A stretch of 64,000 nt of DNA from an uncultured virus (IMG/VR IMGVR_UViG_3300009408_000009) (taxonomy: Duplodnaviria > Heunggongvirae > Uroviricota > Caudoviricetes): IMG/VR virus record IMGVR_UViG_3300009408_000009. One strand, 5' to 3'. The notes beneath the pieces are model-generated. The model saw only the letters and a program-made list of their open reading frames with translations. It did no database searches and was not told where the DNA came from. Numbering within the stretch: position 1 is the first letter of the stretch; each line of letters opens with the position of its first letter. Made by a program: the position numbers and the translations under genes. Below are positions 39,568-50,180 of this stretch, piece after piece.

Positions 39568-40230
39568 TTAATACCAGATTTTGTTTTCTCTTAATAAATT
39601 AAATAGTAAATATGGAGATTTACAAATATAATTATACATTCCTTTTTGTTCTAGTAAATATTTTAAATTCTTTTCTGGAAATTCTATATATCCACGCTCT
39701 TTTGCTATATATTTCCAAAAATCATAAATACCACCATATAATTGCTTAGCCATTTCATGGTTGGTTATTAGTAAATTATCATCTGGAATTAAGCTATTAG
39801 ACCAATGCATATTAGATATATTTAATTTTGTTAAATCCAATTTTCTTAAATCTATTGGAGTTTTCCAACCAATATCATATCTACTCTTTACAATACAATC
39901 ATAATCTCTCTCAATTAAATTAAACGATTGTTGCCATCCCCAAACAATAAGATACATATAATAATTACCAGCAACCCCAAATCTCAAATCAGGCCTTGTT
40001 TTTTTATCATGAAGGGTATCTATACCTTTAATGTCATCCCCAAAATATTTAGGTGGTTCACAAATATATTTTTTAGGATTGTAATATTTTAAAACTTCAT
40101 TATATTCTCTATCTTCCCAATAATGTAAATATACATCAGTATTATAGTTATCTATAATGTGTTTAAAATATTGGTTATATCCTTCTTTTACTTTTCTTGG
40201 TAATCCTGATAATAATAATGCTACTTTCAT
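39568..40230 (-). CDS. Putative glycosyltransferase-like protein
   Basis: KVALLLSGLPR, YDCIVKSRYD. Confidence 0.55.
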   Translation of the reverse strand: MKVALLLSGLPRKVKEGYNQYFKHIIDNYNTDVYLHYWEDREYNEVLKYYNPKKYICEPPKYFGDDIKGIDTLHDKKTRPDLRFGVAGNYYMYLIVWGWQQSFNLIERDYDCIVKSRYDIGWKTPIDLRKLDLTKLNISNMHWSNSLIPDDNLLITNHEMAKQLYGGIYDFWKYIAKERGYIEFPEKNLKYLLEQKGMYNYICKSPYLLFNLLRENKIWY

Positions 40231-40448
40231 TCTAACTCATTAAATATTTCTACAAGAATTACATTTTTATCATTTATCATAATCATTCTACCATCTTTAG
40301 TTCTAAACTTGGTCAGCTGTCCTTGTTTAATAGTTTCAGTATCAACACCATGAATAGTATGTTTAGTTCCATTAATGCCATGAATAATTTGAGTAACATA
40401 TTTGCCCATACTGTTTACACTTGATTTTAAATTTAGTACTTTATTCAT
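40227..40448 (-). CDS. Hypothetical protein
   Basis: Overlapping ORF in the operon. Confidence 0.6.
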   Translation of the reverse strand: MNKVLNLKSSVNSMGKYVTQIIHGINGTKHTIHGVDTETIKQGQLTKFRTKDGRMIMINDKNVILVEIFNELE

Positions 40449-40896
40449 TTTTAATTTTATATTTTTCTATTTCATCAGAACATATTCCTATACATTCACT
40501 ATAATCGTCATTATGTAATTCAGGAAGTACAGATATACTATTTTTAATCGGTTGTTTTCCTGGATATACCCATAAATATCCTTTGGAAGTTAATACTACA
40601 TCTTCGTCTGTATGGTAAAAGTAATTAAAATTATATCCTAAATTCGATATAAACTCAATTGTTTTTATATCTTTACAATGTATCCATAATTTTGTAATCC
40701 TATCTCTAAGCCACCTAAAATTAACTTCATACTGTGGATTATCATGTCCTAACCATAATATGCTATTTTTATACCAAACATCTGTTTCTACATCGTATCC
40801 TAGTTTAATAGTTAAATCTATATAAGTTGGTTCGTTCTCGTGAGATTCAAGTCTGCCGTTTGTGTTGCCTCTGTGCGCTATTAAAAATTTGTTCAT
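40441..40896 (-). CDS. Glycerophosphodiester phosphodiesterase-like protein
   Basis: IAHRG, HEN, DVETDV, LGHD, ICSD. Confidence 0.7.
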   Translation of the reverse strand: MNKFLIAHRGNTNGRLESHENEPTYIDLTIKLGYDVETDVWYKNSILWLGHDNPQYEVNFRWLRDRITKLWIHCKDIKTIEFISNLGYNFNYFYHTDEDVVLTSKGYLWVYPGKQPIKNSISVLPELHNDDYSECIGICSDEIEKYKIKNE

Positions 40897-41260
40897 TTTA
40901 TAAAAGATTTAATGTAGTTTTCAATTAATAACGATTTATTTATACTATTATTTTTACAATATTCGTTAAATACTTTGATAATATTTTTATCAATACTATA
41001 CGATACTAATTTTTTATTTTTTGTTTTATGTGACGCCATTGTTTTTTAGTAATTCATTTATAGTTTTAAAATTACATTTTTTGCTACATCTTTTGCATCC
41101 ATTGGTATATATTTATTATAATATTCCCGTACAGTTATATTATAAATCGTTTTAAATACGCCGAAAATACACGGTTATGAATATGCTTAGTATTATCAAT
41201 TTTGCAAATAATCATAGTATTACTTTCTACATATAAATATGAAGAAAAAATACGAACGTA

Positions 41261-42637
41261 CTATATTTTATAATTTTTTAAAAAATAATCTAATGAAGAT
41301 GGGTCACCGATTCCCCACATTTTATCTGCATTCCATGTTCGTATTTTTTCTCCATGTAATAATGCTTGATTAAATACTGGACAGACATAATATTCACCGT
41401 TTACTCGTATATTTTTTTCTATCATTTCTTCTGCATATTTTACGAAAGATGAACCGTGTTTCCAATAATAAAATCCTACGGTCGCATTATCAGATATTGG
41501 TTTTTTTTCAGCTACTTCCGTTATGTATCCTTTACCGTTTATTTTTACAAAAGACCATTTTGGATGTGTGGATTTAAAGGTTACAATACCGCCATCACAA
41601 TTTGTTTCATTCATTTTATACATAAATTCGTTGGAATTCCATTCAACAAATTGATCTGAATTTGCAAGGAATAATGGATTTTCATTATCTATATGTTTTT
41701 TCGCCAATAATGTGGTACAAGCAGCACCTTCTGTTATTCCGTCAACTTCGATTATTTTACAATTTGGTGTTATTAAATTTAGTAACGTATCTAAATTGTA
41801 TTTTTTTCTATGTGATTTTTGTACGACATATATAAAGTTAGCATCTATATTTAAGTTTTCAACTACCAACTGTATCATTGGCGTATTGTTAACAGAAATT
41901 AACGGTTTTGGGGTTTTATAACCTACTTTTTCAAAACGAGAACCAACTCCTGCCATTGGTATTAATACATTAAGTTTTTCATCAGTCCATTTTGGTATTT
42001 TCTGTGTTTCACCCATATTTATTTTTTTTAATTTAGCAAGTATTAATTTATATGTAAGATCTTTTGGATTTTTTACTCGTAATATATGCGAATTGCTTCG
42101 TGATGCAGCTAATAATCCGTATGGAGAATCTTCAACTATTAACGTTTCTTCAGGTAAGCATCCCATAACTGACATGGATTTCCAATACATTTCTGGATGC
42201 GGCTTTGAATTTTGTACATCTTCATTAGATATTACAAAATCCATATACTCCATTATTTTCATTTTTGATAAAACAGTAAGTACTGTCTTTCTTATGCTGT
42301 TTGACGCAACTACTATCTTATATCCTGCAGATGATAGAGCTCCCAACATTAAAATAATTTCTTTATTTGGTTTTACTTTAGATAATTTTTGTAAAGTAAG
42401 AATTTGTTTTTGCTCCCAAATAGCTTGATGTTTACTTATAGGTAATCCTTTTTCTTTTGTTAACATATCTAATTTCTGAACAGTCTTTAGACCATCATAT
42501 GTAGATAAATGTTCATTCCAACTGATTGCGTATTTATCACCAAGAGCTTCATTTAACGCTTCGTAATGAATATTCTTTGCCGATACAAGCACCCCATCCA
42601 AATCAAAAATAATTAATCGTAAGTGGTTACTATTCAT
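41261..42637 (-). CDS. HAD phosphatase fused to a sugar-phosphate nucleotidyltransferase
   Basis: FDLDGVL, KPHP, VEDS; then IPMAGVGSRF, PKPLI, VAEKKPIS. Confidence 0.85.
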   Translation of the reverse strand: MNSNHLRLIIFDLDGVLVSAKNIHYEALNEALGDKYAISWNEHLSTYDGLKTVQKLDMLTKEKGLPISKHQAIWEQKQILTLQKLSKVKPNKEIILMLGALSSAGYKIVVASNSIRKTVLTVLSKMKIMEYMDFVISNEDVQNSKPHPEMYWKSMSVMGCLPEETLIVEDSPYGLLAASRSNSHILRVKNPKDLTYKLILAKLKKINMGETQKIPKWTDEKLNVLIPMAGVGSRFEKVGYKTPKPLISVNNTPMIQLVVENLNIDANFIYVVQKSHRKKYNLDTLLNLITPNCKIIEVDGITEGAACTTLLAKKHIDNENPLFLANSDQFVEWNSNEFMYKMNETNCDGGIVTFKSTHPKWSFVKINGKGYITEVAEKKPISDNATVGFYYWKHGSSFVKYAEEMIEKNIRVNGEYYVCPVFNQALLHGEKIRTWNADKMWGIGDPSSLDYFLKNYKI

Positions 42638-42977
42638 TAGTTAATATTTTAAATATAAATTCACTAACCTTTAAATTTAGTTTTTTATTTGCAACATATT
42701 TAGCATTCTTATATTTAGTAGGATTAAATATACCGTTAGGAATTGTGTTATTATTACCGAACCACATACGAGCTCTGTAATCTATAATATCTTTATTTGG
42801 TAATTCTATCCAATAATGTAAAATAGATTTATTATCTATTATTAAATTGCCAATGCAAACTATATGCTTAATGTTATGTTTAGTTAATATGTATGAAATT
42901 ACTTTAGTAAGTCCATCGCATTCTAACGGTAACTTAGTGTATTTAAGTATTAGTCGTTCTATATTTTTATTTGTCAT
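42630..42977 (-). CDS. Hypothetical protein
   Basis: ECDG...HYWIE; promoter-like box directly upstream. Confidence 0.55.
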   Translation of the reverse strand: MTNKNIERLILKYTKLPLECDGLTKVISYILTKHNIKHIVCIGNLIIDNKSILHYWIELPNKDIIDYRARMWFGNNNTIPNGIFNPTKYKNAKYVANKKLNLKVSEFIFKILTNE

Positions 42978-43015
42978 GATTACTAAATATACGAATAAAT
43001 ATTGGAGTTATAAAG

Positions 43016-43759
43016 TTATTTTCCATATTTTTGAATATCGGCGTGAGAAAAAAGACCTTCACCATGCGCAACTTTATATGTTTGTTCACACCACCATTTT
43101 GAAATATTACCTTCTAAGTCTATACCACCGCCAGTAAACGGAGTTACGATATCTAAATAAAACTGTTTTTTATACATACACGGATTATTAGTCCAATTTC
43201 CATATCGTGAGGTTGTTACAAAATATTCACCGTTTTTTTGGATTTTATCAGGAAATTCTTTTGCTGGGTCTAGCCAATGTAAAGAATCTAATAAATGTGG
43301 TGAGGTAGTTTCAAATAATTTATCATAGTATGTAAGTTCTCTACCTTTATACTGAAATGAAAAGTGTGGATTGCCTGGATGTTTTCTATGACGGTATCGT
43401 ACACAACTATATCCATTATTTAATAACTCGATACCACTTTTTAATCTTGATAACGTAACATCGGTTGGTTCGATTAGTTTCCAATCGTGTTCTAGTATTA
43501 ATACATTTTCAGTTTTTGCTTGTTTTGTTAACTCAATAAATGCATTTCCTATTCCGATATTTGTATCATGAGCAATATATGGTATATTAAAATGTTCTGC
43601 GATTTTTTTATCTTCTTCTGAAAATTCTTGGAATAAAATACATACATCATTAACTTGATGTATCCAACTATTTACAAAATAACTATTCAAAGTATTTATC
43701 AAAGTTGGGCCCGATTTCCAAGCTAAAATTCCGATTGATAGATTTAGTTTTTTTTCCAT
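43016..43759 (-). CDS. Putative GT2-like glycosyltransferase
   Basis: NIGIG, LILEHDW, WTNNP. Confidence 0.65.
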   Translation of the reverse strand: MEKKLNLSIGILAWKSGPTLINTLNSYFVNSWIHQVNDVCILFQEFSEEDKKIAEHFNIPYIAHDTNIGIGNAFIELTKQAKTENVLILEHDWKLIEPTDVTLSRLKSGIELLNNGYSCVRYRHRKHPGNPHFSFQYKGRELTYYDKLFETTSPHLLDSLHWLDPAKEFPDKIQKNGEYFVTTSRYGNWTNNPCMYKKQFYLDIVTPFTGGGIDLEGNISKWWCEQTYKVAHGEGLFSHADIQKYGK

Positions 43760-43826
43760 TATTTTTTCATTCGTTTAGATATTAGTAATAATACAACTCC
43801 AATTACAAATATAATTATTGCTGGTA

Positions 43827-44735
43827 CTATGTTTTCTGAGGTGTATCCAACTTCCATTCTTTAAATTTTTTAATTATAAAATCTGTTCTATTTCTTTCTG
43901 TATGATATTTTACTACGTTACTAAATCCTGCTTTCATTATTAAATCTCGTTCTTTATTATGTTCCTTATAATAATTCATTTTATTTATGCAATCTACCAT
44001 ATCATCATAAAGCACAATATCTTTTTTATCTGTAAATAATTCTTGTAATTTCTTTGAATCATTTAATCTATCGGTAAGTACCATTTTACCACATGCCATT
44101 CCTTCAAATATTCTACGTGTTATTTCACCCCATCTGCTATTTTGAAGAACCATGAGTCCTTTATTTAGAAATGTAGTATGTTTTACCGAATTCATTCCAT
44201 TCTTATTTCCTACTGCTCCGTTCGAATGAGCAGTAATTGTATCTAAAAAGTTTGAATTGCCAATACCTCTAGTTGTTACCGCTACAAATTCTGGTTTTTG
44301 ATGCTGAATATTAAATTGAGTTCGAGTATCAGCAAAATGAGTTTGCCAATATGCTGGTCTGTCTCGTTTTTTATATTCCAAATATGAATCGTAGTCTGGA
44401 GTTAAAATCATATCAAATTTATGAGATTTTTTAAAATTTCTATCAAAATTTTGTGGGTCATCTCCGCTCTCTTGTATCCAAAACGCGTTTGAATTTAAGC
44501 GTTTATCTAACCATTTTGAATCAAATCGTCCCCAATCAAATAACATTATTATATCAGTTGGTTTATTTTGTTGTATAAATGTTTTTAAGTTTGAATCATG
44601 ATAAATACCGATTTTATTTGAACCTATACTTATTATTTCAGTTTCCCATCCTCTAAATTCAAATTCTTTGATAATAGCTAATGGAGTTGACCATTCATCG
44701 TTTTCATCATTTGCAAAAATTGCTGTAAATTTCAT
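43827..44735 (-). CDS. GT-B glycosyltransferase (CgeB-like)
   Basis: RRIFEGMACGKMVLTD. Confidence 0.8.
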   Translation of the reverse strand: MKFTAIFANDENDEWSTPLAIIKEFEFRGWETEIISIGSNKIGIYHDSNLKTFIQQNKPTDIIMLFDWGRFDSKWLDKRLNSNAFWIQESGDDPQNFDRNFKKSHKFDMILTPDYDSYLEYKKRDRPAYWQTHFADTRTQFNIQHQKPEFVAVTTRGIGNSNFLDTITAHSNGAVGNKNGMNSVKHTTFLNKGLMVLQNSRWGEITRRIFEGMACGKMVLTDRLNDSKKLQELFTDKKDIVLYDDMVDCINKMNYYKEHNKERDLIMKAGFSNVVKYHTERNRTDFIIKKFKEWKLDTPQKT

Positions 44736-44836
44736 ACTATATTAATTAAATGGATCATTATTATTCGTGCACATTCTAAATAAAAAATAGATAAGCAAAC
44801 ACCAAGTTATCGCTAACACTAAATCAAACATATTCA

Positions 44837-45319
44837 TTATTTTATAAATTTAACTAATCCATCAATATTATTTACCATAGGAACTCCATATTTTTTACAT
44901 ACAATTTCTACATTACCACGTCTAAAATATCCGTCTGGGCAACAAACACATACTTTACCTGTTTTAGCAAATAAACCAAGTTCCATTAGAGTTATAGGTG
45001 ATTGAGTTTTTGGATCAAAATAAACCACTATTTTTTCAGCAGATTCCAACGCATTTAATTCCCATTCTACCTGGGTTCTAAACTTATCATTTTTTATTGT
45101 TTGTTTCCATGAACTATTCCAATCATCTCTTCGCGGATTTAAAATTGTTATATTTAATCCTTTGCATTTATTAGTAAGTTCGGTTTGCCAATCGATTGCT
45201 TTACCCATTTCTATTGAGCCCGCAAGAAATACTCCATTATATACACCAACAATACTATCTGGTGCTTTAATTACCGTTACTTCATTTTCTTCTCGTTCTA
45301 TTAGCGTTTTTAACTTCAT
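44837..45319 (-). CDS. Nucleoside 2-deoxyribosyltransferase-like protein
   Basis: VFLAGSI, NPRR, QVEWE, SPITLMELG. Confidence 0.8.
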   Translation of the reverse strand: MKLKTLIEREENEVTVIKAPDSIVGVYNGVFLAGSIEMGKAIDWQTELTNKCKGLNITILNPRRDDWNSSWKQTIKNDKFRTQVEWELNALESAEKIVVYFDPKTQSPITLMELGLFAKTGKVCVCCPDGYFRRGNVEIVCKKYGVPMVNNIDGLVKFIK

Positions 45320-45331
45320 ATTTATTTATTT

Positions 45332-45733
45332 TTATTTTTTTCTAGTTAGTGTGAATTTATCCTTTAATTCATTGTATACTGTTTCACCATCTAACATCAT
45401 ATCTCCGTTTTTGGTGGGTGTAAATTTCCAAGCAAGTATAGCAAATAAATCATCCCATACCATATATTTTTTATGAGTTGTTAATTTAATAGGATTCATT
45501 ATATTATCTGGTTTAGTATCATTTAATGAGGTAGAACTGGGTTTTAGTTTTGAATAGTCCTCTTGTAATTTACTAATTAATATCGATATTGCATCAATGC
45601 CAAATTTATCGTTTATATCAATAATTTGTTGTTCACTAACTTCGCCTATAATTTTTTTATCTGAGTCGTCATCAAATAGTTCTATTCTGTAATGTTTCAT
45701 TCTTATTTTTTTTAATTGGTAATCTGTTTGCAT
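45332..45733 (-). CDS. Hypothetical protein
   Basis: ORF within the operon; start uncertain. Confidence 0.5.
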   Translation of the reverse strand: MQTDYQLKKIRMKHYRIELFDDDSDKKIIGEVSEQQIIDINDKFGIDAISILISKLQEDYSKLKPSSTSLNDTKPDNIMNPIKLTTHKKYMVWDDLFAILAWKFTPTKNGDMMLDGETVYNELKDKFTLTRKK

Positions 45734-46013
45734 CGTCCACCTTAAATAGGTCAGTTATTGTTTTTGCAGAATCAGCATCCCAGTCTAAAGTACCAAAATA
45801 AAAATTAGAAAATTGATCTTTATATTGAATTTTTGAAACTAGTATCCCAACGACATCTAATATACTAACTGTACTAAACTTTATGCGTGAAATTACAAAT
45901 GGTTTTATATTCTATGGTTTTCCAGCATCTACTATAAATTGCTTCTTCATCTTTGGCTCTAAATTGTCTAACCGTACATTAATTAAACTACTTAAATATT
46001 TTGTGAATTTCAT
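45672..46013 (-). pseudogene. 114-codon ORF interrupted by a single TAG at 45912-45914
   Basis: ATGA overlap with the upstream gene; frame open on both sides of the stop. Confidence 0.55.
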
Positions 46014-46756
46014 AATTTTTCGTAATAATTATTTTGTTTAATTTGTTTTTTTAAACTTTTTATATGATATAACGACCATTCCTCTTGCGCTGGAAAATTA
46101 GCAAATGTACTGTAACCTGTAATACGTTCATGTACTTTGTTCCTCCATTCTACAGCATCTGTTCTACGATATATCCGGGTTTGATAATCGGGCCATGCGT
46201 TTATGGGTTTGTAATATTTAATTTTATCATTAGTTTCTTCTATAATATATCCTAGTTTTTTTAGATATTTATATTCTTCACTTTCGGTATCAATTATTTT
46301 CTCACCAATTTGTGATTCCATTTTAGTAATTTTCCAACCGTATTTATTAGCATATAATTCAGTAAGTCCATTAACTATGTTTATTCTTGGTATGAAAATT
46401 ATATCTACTGGGTTTCGTTCTAAAACAGTTGGTAAATTCAATATTAAGTTTTCGTGAGGAATTTCGTCAGCATCCAAAGATACTATATAATCTTTAGTAC
46501 AATACTTTTTTAAATTATTTTTAAATGTTGCAAAATCATCATTCAATGGAAACCCCGTTACAATACAATTTTTATGTATATTTTTCAATATATTTAAGTA
46601 ATCTAATACTTCTGGAGTAACTCCATTTTGATCATATTGTATTACAAGTTCATCTTCATTTCTGATATGTAACTGCAGAAAATTTAGTAAAGTTGTTAAT
46701 TCTATTAATTCATCCTTTACTGTTATACAATAACTAATAGTTGTGTTTTCGTTCAT
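46010..46756 (-). CDS. GT2 glycosyltransferase
   Basis: ISYCITV, SLDADE, PRIN, WPDYQ, VHE. Confidence 0.8.
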   Translation of the reverse strand: MNENTTISYCITVKDELIELTTLLNFLQLHIRNEDELVIQYDQNGVTPEVLDYLNILKNIHKNCIVTGFPLNDDFATFKNNLKKYCTKDYIVSLDADEIPHENLILNLPTVLERNPVDIIFIPRINIVNGLTELYANKYGWKITKMESQIGEKIIDTESEEYKYLKKLGYIIEETNDKIKYYKPINAWPDYQTRIYRRTDAVEWRNKVHERITGYSTFANFPAQEEWSLYHIKSLKKQIKQNNYYEKL

Positions 46757-46763
46757 TATTTAT

Positions 46764-47318
46764 TTATTTTGGAGCACTAATAGTATCGCCACTATCATCT
46801 GCTTTCTGTTTATCTACTTGTTTTTTTATTATTGGTTCACGAGTTGCTGGTGTTGAATCTTCTTTAAACAATTTTTTTAAAAAGAAAGTATCAAATCTAA
46901 TTTCCCATACATTCTGAATTTTATCTATTTTATAAATTCTATAATTACTTTTACCATGACCATAAATTTTAGGTGAGGCTTTAATATATTGTTCAAACAA
47001 TACACTTCCATCACGAGAAAATGTTTTTAATAAAATACTTAATTGTTGAGTAACACCTATTGGTACTCGTATATCTCTAAGTTTAAATAATAAGTTAGTA
47101 AAATTTATAGGCGTAATTTCATTTAATTTAATTGTATGAATTTTATTACCAATTCTACCTATAACAAATACATAACGAGTATTTTCTCCTGTTTTAGTTG
47201 GTGGATCACCATCTTTATAAGTGCTAATTCGATAAATATTTCTCGCTTTTATTTCACCTCTGCTAATCCGTTTTTCAGGTTGCATTATTTGCTTGTATTT
47301 TCGTGTGTAATTTGTCAT
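46764..47318 (-). CDS. Hypothetical protein
   Basis: ORF within the operon. Confidence 0.6.
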   Translation of the reverse strand: MTNYTRKYKQIMQPEKRISRGEIKARNIYRISTYKDGDPPTKTGENTRYVFVIGRIGNKIHTIKLNEITPINFTNLLFKLRDIRVPIGVTQQLSILLKTFSRDGSVLFEQYIKASPKIYGHGKSNYRIYKIDKIQNVWEIRFDTFFLKKLFKEDSTPATREPIIKKQVDKQKADDSGDTISAPK

Positions 47319-48616
47319 TATAGTTTTTTAATGGTTGGTAATTCCAGAGCTATATGCTCTACCTTTGGTATATTTTTATCGAGAATTTCAGCAAATTTTT
47401 CTGTCATTTTTTTCAATGAAAAATTGCTACGGATATTTGTTTGTAATCCGTTTGATTCTAATAAATATTGTTTGTATTTATTATACACTTTAAATATTTG
47501 TTGTGCTGCCATTGAATAATCTACAGTAAACCATTTACTTTCTTTTAAAATAAATTTATTTTGTGCACTTTCATGTACTGGAGTTTCTTTACCTTTTAAA
47601 TAAACTGTATTATCTTTTGGAAGAAAATCAAGTTGACCACTCCATTCTGAAACTATAATTGGTTTACCTGTTGTTGCAAATTCTGCTAATGGTCTACCAT
47701 ACCCTTCTCCTTTAGTAAAAGATACCATTGATTTTACCTTTGGATGATTATATAACTCGTTTAGCTCAGATTCTTTTAAATCACCAAATAATAAATATAT
47801 TGGCGGACATTTTTTACCGATTGAGTTTCGTACATCTTTTATCTTTTTAACTATGACTTCTCTATCTATTATTGAAAATCCAGCAGATGATGTTTTTAAT
47901 ATTAAACCAGGCTGTTTTTCTGATGGAGTATTTTTGAATACAGTACAAAACGTTTTAATCAGCATTCCAACATCTTTTCTATCTTCTCCTAATCTTCCTG
48001 GCAACCAATGTCCAACAAATAAGTAACAAAATGGAACAACCTCTGAACTATCCAAAAATGTGCTATCAATTGATTTACCATTATATACCGTTAAATCAAC
48101 TCCTTCAAACAGGGTTAATATAGGTTTTTGTATTTTAAGTACATTTACAATAGTGTTAGTTCGTTTATCTACTTGGTTATACGCAGTTTTTAATAATACA
48201 TTTTTTGTAAAAGTAGATGGTGTTAATATTAAATCCATTTTGTTGCAACCCTCTATAAATTCACGTGGGACAACTGTTGTTTCTACTCCTGCAGTTATAC
48301 CAATATTATATTTACCGATTGGTTTAAATTCATTAGCTACTGTTACCTGTATGAATATATCAGGTTGTACATCTAGTTTTGTTATAATACTAGCAATAGT
48401 TCGTTTGCCAAATTCAGTTTGTGGATTAATCTGGTTTTGTGGAGTTGTTCCCCATTGTGTAGGAATTATTTTTACATTATATTTATCAATTTCAAAAAGT
48501 GATTTTAATAAATCGCGAGAATGATCTCCGTAGCCTGCCCTGCAAGCTATAGGTCCTTGAAAAACAAGTAATGGTTTATTCATAATTTTATCTTTATAAA
48601 GTTTTTTTATCTGCAA
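47318..48616 (-). CDS. GT4-like glycosyltransferase
   Basis: GYG-x-HSR, RKD, KGEGYGRPLAE. Confidence 0.82.
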   Translation of the reverse strand: MQIKKLYKDKIMNKPLLVFQGPIACRAGYGDHSRDLLKSLFEIDKYNVKIIPTQWGTTPQNQINPQTEFGKRTIASIITKLDVQPDIFIQVTVANEFKPIGKYNIGITAGVETTVVPREFIEGCNKMDLILTPSTFTKNVLLKTAYNQVDKRTNTIVNVLKIQKPILTLFEGVDLTVYNGKSIDSTFLDSSEVVPFCYLFVGHWLPGRLGEDRKDVGMLIKTFCTVFKNTPSEKQPGLILKTSSAGFSIIDREVIVKKIKDVRNSIGKKCPPIYLLFGDLKESELNELYNHPKVKSMVSFTKGEGYGRPLAEFATTGKPIIVSEWSGQLDFLPKDNTVYLKGKETPVHESAQNKFILKESKWFTVDYSMAAQQIFKVYNKYKQYLLESNGLQTNIRSNFSLKKMTEKFAEILDKNIPKVEHIALELPTIKKL

Positions 48617-48723
48617 TACTATTTAGAGTAAACGGTGCGTTTTCCTCGTCTTTATGTGGGGTTACTAACGCATTTCTCATATTTTTTTAGTACGCGCATT
48701 AGTTTGTGTTAGCATAATTGTTT

Positions 48724-49143
48724 TTATTTTCCGGTTGAACCATGACCATTTGTACCTCGATTTGATTTACTAAATTCTAAAACTTCATTAAATTGAATTT
48801 GAGGATACGGCACTATTATTATTTGGCCAATTCTATCACCAATATTATATAGGTTTGATTGTGATATCTTGTTAAACGTAAATTGAATTTCGCCGCGATA
48901 TCCACTATCTATTACGCCAACGGAGTTTGCTAATTGTAAACCATATTTTCTAATTGAACTACGTGGATATATTAATCCAACGTACCCCTCTGGTATCTCT
49001 AATGCAATATCAGTACCATAAATAATTTGTTGGTTTGTTATAGAAATTATACTTGTTGCGGTTATATCTAACCCAGCATCACCGTTATTTGCATATTTTG
49101 GTATTATTGCCTTTGGTGATAATTTTTTTATATTTACTTTCAT
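48724..49143 (-). CDS. dut: dUTPase
   Basis: DAGLD, PRSS, GVIDSGYRGEI, RIGQ, RGTNGHGSTG. Confidence 0.95.
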   Translation of the reverse strand: MKVNIKKLSPKAIIPKYANNGDAGLDITATSIISITNQQIIYGTDIALEIPEGYVGLIYPRSSIRKYGLQLANSVGVIDSGYRGEIQFTFNKISQSNLYNIGDRIGQIIIVPYPQIQFNEVLEFSKSNRGTNGHGSTGK

Positions 49144-49147
49144 ATTA

Positions 49148-50122
49148 TTATTTCCAATTAAATCCGTTTCCCATATGTCCCCACATTGCAGTTTTAGCGT
49201 ATATAGGTTTCGTTAAATCAAGAAATTTAATTATTCCTTGCGGACTTAAATCATATTCTGTTATTTGAATTTCTAATAATGAATTATTATCTATTACAGC
49301 CGTAGCTTGTAATGGTTGAGTATAGCCTATCGCATAACTTAATTGGACTTGAACCTCATTTGCAGCTGTAAATCTTTTCAAATAATCCACCGCTATTCTT
49401 CTAGCCATATATGCTGCACTTCTATCAACTTTACTAGCATCCTTGCCACTAAATGCTCCACCACCAATAGGAATACGTGGCCCATAATTATCTACTACTA
49501 ATTTCCTACCAGTCAATCCTGCATCTGAATCAAATCCTCCTTGATTCCAAACTCCAGCTGGATTACAATATAATGAATTAATTTTATATTTAGGATAGTT
49601 TTCATTAAAAAATCTAGTAACTTTTGTTTCAAGTTTTTTAATTGATACGTGTTGAAATGAACATACTATATTTAAATTGTTGTTATCCATAATGGTTACT
49701 TGGGTTTTACCATCGAATGGATATTCTTCATAAATATATTTGTTTAATTTCCTTGCTAAGTAATATTCTTGTGGCACTAATTCTTCGTTATCTCTACACG
49801 CATATCCAATCATAATACCTTGATCACCTGCACCACCTATATCAACTCCATTTGCTATTTCATTTGATTGCGCAACTAAATTGATAGTTACATCTTGTAT
49901 ACCTGTTAGTTTTGCTACAATATTTTTTATATCAGTTTCAGTAACTTTTGTATTTGACGATACTTCGCCTGTAATAAATATTTTACCATGACCTCCTACT
50001 GTTTCTATTGCACAACGAGAGTTTTTATCTCCTTGTAAATATAAATCAACAAGCGTATCTGAAATTATATCACATAGTTTGTCTGGATGAGACGGTGAAA
50101 CAAATTCTGCTGTTCTATACAT
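49148..50122 (-). CDS. metK: S-adenosylmethionine synthetase
   Basis: HPDKLCD, GAGDQG, DAGLTGRK, GGGAFSGKDASKVDRSAAY. Confidence 0.95.
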   Translation of the reverse strand: MYRTAEFVSPSHPDKLCDIISDTLVDLYLQGDKNSRCAIETVGGHGKIFITGEVSSNTKVTETDIKNIVAKLTGIQDVTINLVAQSNEIANGVDIGGAGDQGIMIGYACRDNEELVPQEYYLARKLNKYIYEEYPFDGKTQVTIMDNNNLNIVCSFQHVSIKKLETKVTRFFNENYPKYKINSLYCNPAGVWNQGGFDSDAGLTGRKLVVDNYGPRIPIGGGAFSGKDASKVDRSAAYMARRIAVDYLKRFTAANEVQVQLSYAIGYTQPLQATAVIDNNSLLEIQITEYDLSPQGIIKFLDLTKPIYAKTAMWGHMGNGFNWK

Positions 50123-50180
50123 ATATTTTTTTTATTTTTTATTTTTGATTAGTTTCTTACATTGCTGATATATATCATCT

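Noticed and set aside
1873..45914. Stop-codon reassignment
   Set aside because: The internal stops are one each of TAA, TGA and TAG, and all three codons end intact genes elsewhere in the window.
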